DNA of 64,000 nt from Azolla caroliniana (Eukaryota; Plantae; Polypodiophyta): NCBI GenBank assembly GCA_043228905.1, contig JBHGNT010000001.1:15190001-15254000 (forward strand). Direction: 5' to 3'. Under the pieces are notes generated by a model that saw nothing but the letters and a program-made list of their open reading frames with translations, was not told the origin of the DNA and did not search any database. Positions within the stretch are counted from its first letter, which is position 1. Each line of letters begins with the position of its first letter. Below are positions 57,012 through 64,000 of the stretch, in pieces. A program made the position numbers and the translations under genes.

Positions 57012-60000
57012 ATGGACGATTCGTTGGGAGGCATGTTCAAGCTCACCGGCTCCAAGTATTCAGTGTGGAAGTTGAAGATGAGGGACATGCTCGTGGTTAA
57101 AGATCTTTGGTTGCCGGTTCAGTTCGGGGACAAGAGACCGGACAAAATCGATGCCACGATATGGGAGGTGATGCACATGAAGACAACGACATACATACGG
57201 TGCTTCATCGAGATGAGTCTATACAACAACTTCAATGAAGAGAGCAAGGCTCATGAGCTCTGGGAGAAGATCGACATTATGTTTCAGAACAAAAATGGTG
57301 TTAATCAGGTTTCAGTATTTCGGAAGCTGGTAAGACTCTGGTACCAAGATGGCTCCAGCATGGCGGAGCACATGAATGCCTTCCAGGGGCTGATCCACCA
57401 GGCAACATCATTGGAAGTATATCTCGCCGATAAGGTACTAGCACTACTCCAACTCGGTTCCCTCCCAGATAGCTGGGAGACATTGGTTGTCACTTTGGGC
57501 AACGCCGGGCCAGAAGGGAAACGGTTATCTGCAGCAAGAGTGAAGTCGAGCTTGCTAGATGAGGAAGCGTGTCGGAAAGACAAGGATACGAACTCCGACT
57601 CCAAAGCGCTCATTACCGAATCAGAATGCGGAAGACAAAGGAACCGTAGTCCCCAGAATCGGGAGAAGTCGGGGACATGGTCAAAGTCAAGGGGGAGGCC
57701 TACCTGCTTCTATTGCGACAAGCTGGGACACTTCCAGAAGAACTGTTGGCACTTCCGAGAAAACAAGGAAACCGACGGTACCGATTCGAAGCAGACACCG
57801 AATTGGAATGGTAAAGACCGGAGGGGGACGGACCGGAAGGGAACGACGACATTCGCGGCAAGTGAAGAAGAGTTGATGCTCATCACCGAGGAGAGTGAGC
57901 TAAACCTTGCTGGCGACGAGATGACCTGGGTGGTCGACTCTGAAGCGTCGTTCCACCTTACCCTGGACCGGAAATGCTTCTCATCCTACTCAGCCGGTGA
58001 TCACGGCTGTGTCCAGATGGGGAATGAAGGTACATGCCGAATTGTCGGCATAGGAGACGTGTGGTTGATAACACCAACCGGATGCAAGCTGCTGTTGAAG
58101 GATGTCCGAACTGATATCAGTCGGTCGGCTAGATGATGAAGGCTACACGGGTAGCATCCAGAACGGTGTTATGAAGTTCAACAAAGGGAGCTTGATTGTG
58201 GCTCGGGCCCGGAAGGTAAACACGTTGTACCTGATGAATGCCCGGTTATGCCCGGAAGAAGTGAACGTGGCTTCCGACACTGCCGGTGAGTTGTGGCACA
58301 AGAGGTTGTGTCACATGAGCGAGGAGGGGATGAAGAGGCTTGCAGACGACAACCTCATTCCAGTGAAGAACGTGCACTTGGAGAAGTGCACTGATTGTTT
58401 GGCCGGTAAACAAAACCGGACCTCCTTCCGATCGAGGCCACCGATCCGACGTAATGCACCAGTGGAGTTGGTGCATACTGATGTGTGTCAAGTGGACACG
58501 AAGTCACATGTGGGATCGCAGTACTTCGTGACGTTCATAGATGACCACAACCGGAAGCTGTGGGCCACACCGTTGAAGACGAAGGATCAGGTGTTATCGG
58601 TCTTCAAAGAGCTCTATGCGAGAGTGGAAAGAGAAACCGGCCAGAAGCTGAAGGCGGTTCGAGCAGATAACGAAGGTGAATACCAGGGGCAGTTCGAGGA
58701 GTACTGTCGCTCGAAGGGAATCCGGCTTGAATTTACCGTGCCGAAGATGCTGGAACTAAAGAGCTGGCAGAGAGGATGAACCAGACCATAATGGAGAGGG
58801 TTCGGAGTATGCTGGCGCATTCAAAATTACCCAAGACGTTTTGGGATGAGGCGCTGTCGACAGCGACGAATGTGATAAACAGATCACCCTCAGTGCCCTT
58901 GGATGGAGACACACCACAGAAGGTGTGGACAAGTAAGGAAGTGTCCTACCGACATCTGAAGGTGTTCGGGTGTCTCGCATACGTGCATGTTGCTAAGGAC
59001 CGGAGAGGAAAGTTGGATCCAAAGACCCGGCCATGCATATTCCTCGGATACGATGATGATGAGTTCGGCTACCGAGTGTGGGATCCGGTTGACAAGAAGG
59101 CTTTCCGGAGCCGAGATATTATCTTCATGGAGAACAAGACTCTTGCCGACTGGGAGTTGGAGGAGAAGATAATGAACTCCGATGAGATTCAGACACATCC
59201 GGCTAAGAGCCGGTTGACACTCGAGGAACCAGCCGGTTACGGTGAGAATACCGAACCGGCAGAAGAAGAAGTAGAGGAAGCTGAAATCGGAACCGGCCAA
59301 GACCCCGAATCGGATTCGGATGGAGAAAAAATAGTGGAGCCGGTTGCCGAAGGCCAAAGACGGAGATATCCTCTCAAAGAGAGAAGGGCCCCTCGGAGAT
59401 TTTCAGAAGCAGAGCATGTGCTGCTGACCAATGAGGGAGAGCCGGAAAGCTTCGAAGAAGCGAAGGACGACACCCACAGCCGCAAATGGGTCAGTGCCAT
59501 GTAGGATGAGATGGATTCCTTGCATGAGAACCATACGTACGAATTGGTGGAGTTTCTGAAAGAAAAGTGGCACTCCGAAATAAGTGGGTGTACAAGTTGA
59601 AACCGGGAGATGCCGGCAAACCCGCGAGATACAAAGCGAGGATCGTGGTGTAGGGGTTCCACCAGAAGAAGGGTGTGGACTTCGACGAGATATTTGCCCT
59701 GGTAGTAAAGATGACTTCCATCCGAACGGTGTTGAGTATAGCGGCAAGCATGAACCTCAAGGTAGAGCAGCTGGACGTGAAGACGACATTCCTTCACGGT
59801 GACCTCGAAGAGGAGATCTACATGAGGCAACCGGAAGGATTCGTGGAGAAAGGGAAGGAGCACCTAGTTTGCCAGTTGAAGAAGAGCCTGTACGACAATG
59901 GTACCAGAAGTTTGACTCCTTCATGACCGACCAAGGGTATCAAAAAATGCAAACCGATCACTGCGTGTCTGTAAAGAAGTTCGAAAGAGCCGACTTCCCG

Positions 60001-60990
60001 ATACTCCTTCTGTACATGGACGACATGTTGATCGTCGGACAGGACCAAGCCAAAATACGGATGCTGAAGAAGGCTCTCAATCGAACCCTCGCAATGAAAG
60101 ACTTGGGCCCGGCAAGATAGACACTAGGGATGCACATCATCTGGGACCGGTCAAAGAAGCAATTGTGGTTGTCATAGGAGAAGTACGTGACAAAGGTGCT
60201 TCAACGGTTCAACATGTTAGAAGCAAAACCGGTCGGATCGACAATCCCGGCAAACTACAGATTATCTGGTAAGCAAAGCCCGAAGACGAAATCAGAGAAG
60301 GCAGATATGATGAAGGTTCCATATGCTTCTGCCGTCTGGAGCTTAATGTACGCAATGGTGTGTACTCGACTGGATATTGGATACGCAGTCGGAGTGGTGA
60401 GCCAGTTTATGAGCAATCCCGACAAGGAGCACTGGAACGCGGTCAAATAGATACTTTGGTACTTGAAGGGCACTTCGAATATGTGTCTCCGATTCGGCTC
60501 CGGTAAACCTCAACTTGACGGTTTTACCAATTCGGACATGTCGGCTGATGTGGATACCAGCCGGTCTACATCTGAGTATGTAATGACATCTGCAGGGGGA
60601 GCTGTTTCGTGGCAGTCGAGACTGTAGAAGATGGTTGCGTTATCAACCACGAAGGCGGAGTACATGGCGGTTGTGGAAGCCAGCAAGGAAATACTATGGA
60701 TGAAGGACTTCATCGAAGAGCTCGGTATTCGACAAGATGAATATAGGCTCTATTGCAACAGTCAAAGTGCCATCCACCTTGCTAAGAACGCAATGTACCA
60801 TTCCAGGACGAAGCACATCCAACATTGGTATCATTGGATCCGGGAGTGAGTAGAAGATTGAGAGTTCGCACTGACGAAGATCCACACGGCCGAGAACGGG
60901 TCAAATATGCTGACCAAAGTACTGATACCCGACAAGCTGGATGCATGTCGGAAGCGGATCAGACTAGTAAGACATCCCATGCCAGAGTGA
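57012..60990 (+). pseudogene. gag-pol of element B, interrupted
   Basis: Collinear with 15782-19797 (CFYCDKLGHFQKNC, VHTDVC, LYMDDML, HSRTKHI); frameshifts and stops. Confidence 0.93.
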
Positions 60991-63900
60991 AGGGGGAGTT
61001 TGTTAGGAAACAGGTCCCTCCGTATGGGAAATGAGAAGAACAGTGTTGATGAGTAACTCGGCTGAGGCCGAAACTTGATGTGGAGTACCCGACAACGGAA
61101 GACCCGGTGAGAACCGGATGACGAGTACCCGGCAAGGAAGACCCGGTGAGAACCGGATGTTGTAGGCCCGGTGAGAACCTCTCATCGGATAGAAGGGAAA
61201 TATATGTAAATATGTTCTAGAGAGCCCATTGGGGCTATAATTGTAAATAGCCCGAAAGTCATATTAGTATAAATATGACCTAGGGAAAACTTAATAATTA
61301 TGATGTAGAGCTGGTTGTATTAGTATAGTTGGTGCGATAATTCAGAGCGTAACTGCGTATAGAGAAGAGAGAGAGAGAGGAAGAGGTCGTTGCCTCTGTT
61401 GTAACCGCCTGGTGGCGAAGCGAGGGAGCAAGAGGTCGTTGCCTCTGTGCCCCATTGTTGTAATCTTGATATACTGATATTTTGCAGTCTGAGGGCTGCC
61501 ATGGTTTTTTCCCAGATTTGGGTTTTCCACTTTAACCTCCAGTAAACTCTCTTCTTTACTGTTTCTTGCATAAATACATCTCACCACATCCCTGTTTTTC
61601 TGTGCTTGATCCGACGTCTCGGTTGTGGCCGAACATAGCTTAGGAAACCGTATTCCTTTCATGATGAGATCGCGAGTAGTGGAGACTCGGTCGTGCATTC
61701 CCCGCGTAGGAAACCGAGAAGACGGCTTATGCGCAAGGAAAAAGGCAAGAAGAAAATTTCGGAATACGACTTCGGAAGCAACGAGTCAGATTGGAGTGAG
61801 TCTAACTACGGGCAAACTGAAAAGGAACCTCCACGGAAGAGCTCGACGGTAGCCGAAAAGGTCGTGAAATCGGGTAATCCTGAATTACACCGATCTACCC
61901 GCCTCAAGAACCTCGTAAAGAGATACGGGTCTAATGAGTACATGACGCACCATTACACGTACATGACACGAGTGGCGGAAGTGCGTGAGCTGGAGAGCTA
62001 CACCGAAGTGGCGAAGAACACAAATTGGCGTGCCGCAATGGAGGAAGAGACGTGCGCCTTAACGCAGAACGAGACATGGGACCTGGTTGACGCATCGAAG
62101 GGTGTGAAGCCGATCGGTTGCCAGTGGGTGTATAAAGTGAAACACAACACGGTCGGCTCCGTCAACCGCTACAAGGCCCGTTTAGTAGCAAAAGGCTACG
62201 CGCAGAAGCATGGTGTGAACTATGAAGAGACCTTCGCGCCTGTTCCAAATATGACTACCGTGCGAGTCCTGCTACCCGTAGCAGCGGCAAAGGGGTGGCA
62301 GTTACATCAGATGGATGTAAAGAATGCGTTCTTACAAGGTGATCTTGAGGAACAGGTGTACATGGTACAACCCCCCGGATTTCTATCCGAACAAAACACC
62401 TCGGCAGTTTGCCGAATGAAGAAACCCTTATATGGACTAAAGCAAGCCTCGGGAGCTTGGAAAGCAAAGATTACGCAACAGTTGCATAGGATGGGGTTTG
62501 CGCCGTCGAAATCGAACTCTTCTCTATTTGTTCGGCAAGGATAATATGGACTTGTCAGCCTGCTCTTGTACGTTGATGATTTAGTCATCACCGGTGCCGA
62601 CCTTGACGAAATCCGCCGTGTGAAGTCTCAGCTTGCGGCATCGTTTGAAATGAAGGATCTCGGAGACCTTCATTACTTCCTCGGGATCGAAGTGATCCGT
62701 ACCCCCGAAGGCATATGGATCAGCCAACGTCATTACGCGCTGAATATGCTCTTTAAGTTCAGGATGGCAAACTGCAAGCCCATCTCCCCCCTTTGGATAG
62801 AAACATGAAGCTTCGCCTAGATTCGGGCAAGGTGTGCGACCAAACATGGTTCCGACAGATTGTCGGGAGCCTTATCTATTTGACGATTACTCAACCGAAT
62901 CTTAGCTACCCGGTCGGCTTAATCAGTCAATTCATGTCACAGCCTACGGCCGAACACTTTTAGTGCGTTATGTCAGTGGCACGAAAGACATGGCGTTGTT
63001 TTATCAGGTAGGCATCGCCGAACAGTTAGTCGGCTACACGGATGCTGATTGGGCCGGAAACGCCCTCGATCATCGATCCACATCTGGATACGTATTCTCA
63101 TTGGGAAGTGCGGCGATCGTATGGAGCAGCAAGAAGCAGCCGACAGTAGCACTGTTGACCATGGAGGCCAAATATTGAGGGGCGACTATTACTACGGGCG
63201 AAGTCATTTGGCTGAAACGACTATTACGGGATTTGCAAGTAGAGGTGTCTAATCCGATGACGATCCATTGTGACAACCTTAGCAGTATCCACCTTGCGAA
63301 GAACCCCATGTTCCACGTCCGGACCAAGCACATTGAGATGTATTACCATTTTGTCCGCGAGTGAGTCCTTTCAGGTGAAGTCGAACGGGTGCATATTCCG
63401 ACTGATTGACAGGTTGCCGACATCTTCACCAAGCCTCTTGGTCTCGACAAGTTACGACATTTCTCTGGTGAGCTTGGGTTGCGTCCCCTTCACACGCCGA
63501 ACCTGAGGGGGAGAAACGAAGACAAACAAGAACAAGAGCGTGAAAGGAGCGGAGGTGGTCATCGCAATGAAAGTGACTGTGACGCGGAATCGAATGAAGA
63601 ATTCGATTTCGGGCCGGCTGAAGAAGCCGAAGAAAATAGCAAGGGCCATAAATGTAGGGAAGAGCCGAGGATAGCGGAATCAGGGGGAGATACAGCCAAG
63701 AAGGACGTAAAGGCTAGGACCAAGACGTGGTCTGATGTAGTCAATGGCCTAAAGATAGGGGATGAATTGGAGACAACCAATTCGGATGAGGGCGGAACTG
63801 AATCAGAAGTGTTTGATTCAATCAGAATGTTCGATTCGGATACGCCGAATCAACTGAAAGCCATGAGGAGAAAAGGGCAGCGAAGGACACGCCGACACCG

Positions 63901-64000
63901 TGACAACAAGGGAGCTGAGAAGGGTCGGATGAGCAGACAAACCAACCGGAAGGGTCGAGGCGCACGAAATCGAGCGGGTCGAGGAGCGCGAGCGAGGTGT

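Larger units (their letters stand above)
47379..61661 (+). mobile_element. Full-length Tnt1-like copia (element B), TSD TGATG; its 5' LTR is split by the DNA transposon
   Basis: 5' LTR 47379-47799 plus 56621-56980; PBS 56984-56995; 3' LTR 61001-61661. TGATG at 47374-47378 and 61662-61666. Confidence 0.95.
44418..64000 (+). mobile_element. Family C copia (element E), interrupted by element B and running off the window
   Basis: 5' LTR 44418-44844, PBS 44845-44856, gag from 44949, integrase to 47378. Resumes at 61667 (QPDD/EIASSGDSVVHSPRRKP) through RT and RNase H. Confidence 0.9.

Overview
Eukaryotic, almost certainly land-plant nuclear DNA (a non-seed plant is my guess). The window is a heterochromatin-like nest of decayed Ty1/copia and Ty3/gypsy LTR retrotransposons and LINE remnants; I found no host gene, rRNA, true tRNA or CRISPR array. 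The standout is an 8,817-bp cut-and-paste DNA transposon (47800-56616) with 36-bp TIRs and a 4-bp TTAT target duplication, confirmed by the empty site in the sister LTR. It is the innermost layer of a LINE > copia > copia nest. It carries an intact 926-aa Sola1-like DDD transposase on the minus strand. Divergently, it carries a six-exon gene that splices into a ~974-codon ParB-like + beta-class N4-cytosine/N6-adenine DNA methyltransferase fusion, with one in-frame TAG and twin CpG-rich palindromes in intron 1. Other oddities: a gypsy element integrated with inverted LTR ends (30462-35363), a copia family whose Pol reads ~180 codons past RNase H, and hairpin-interrupted extended tRNA primer-binding sites. 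All family and domain assignments come from motif recognition by eye, not database searches.
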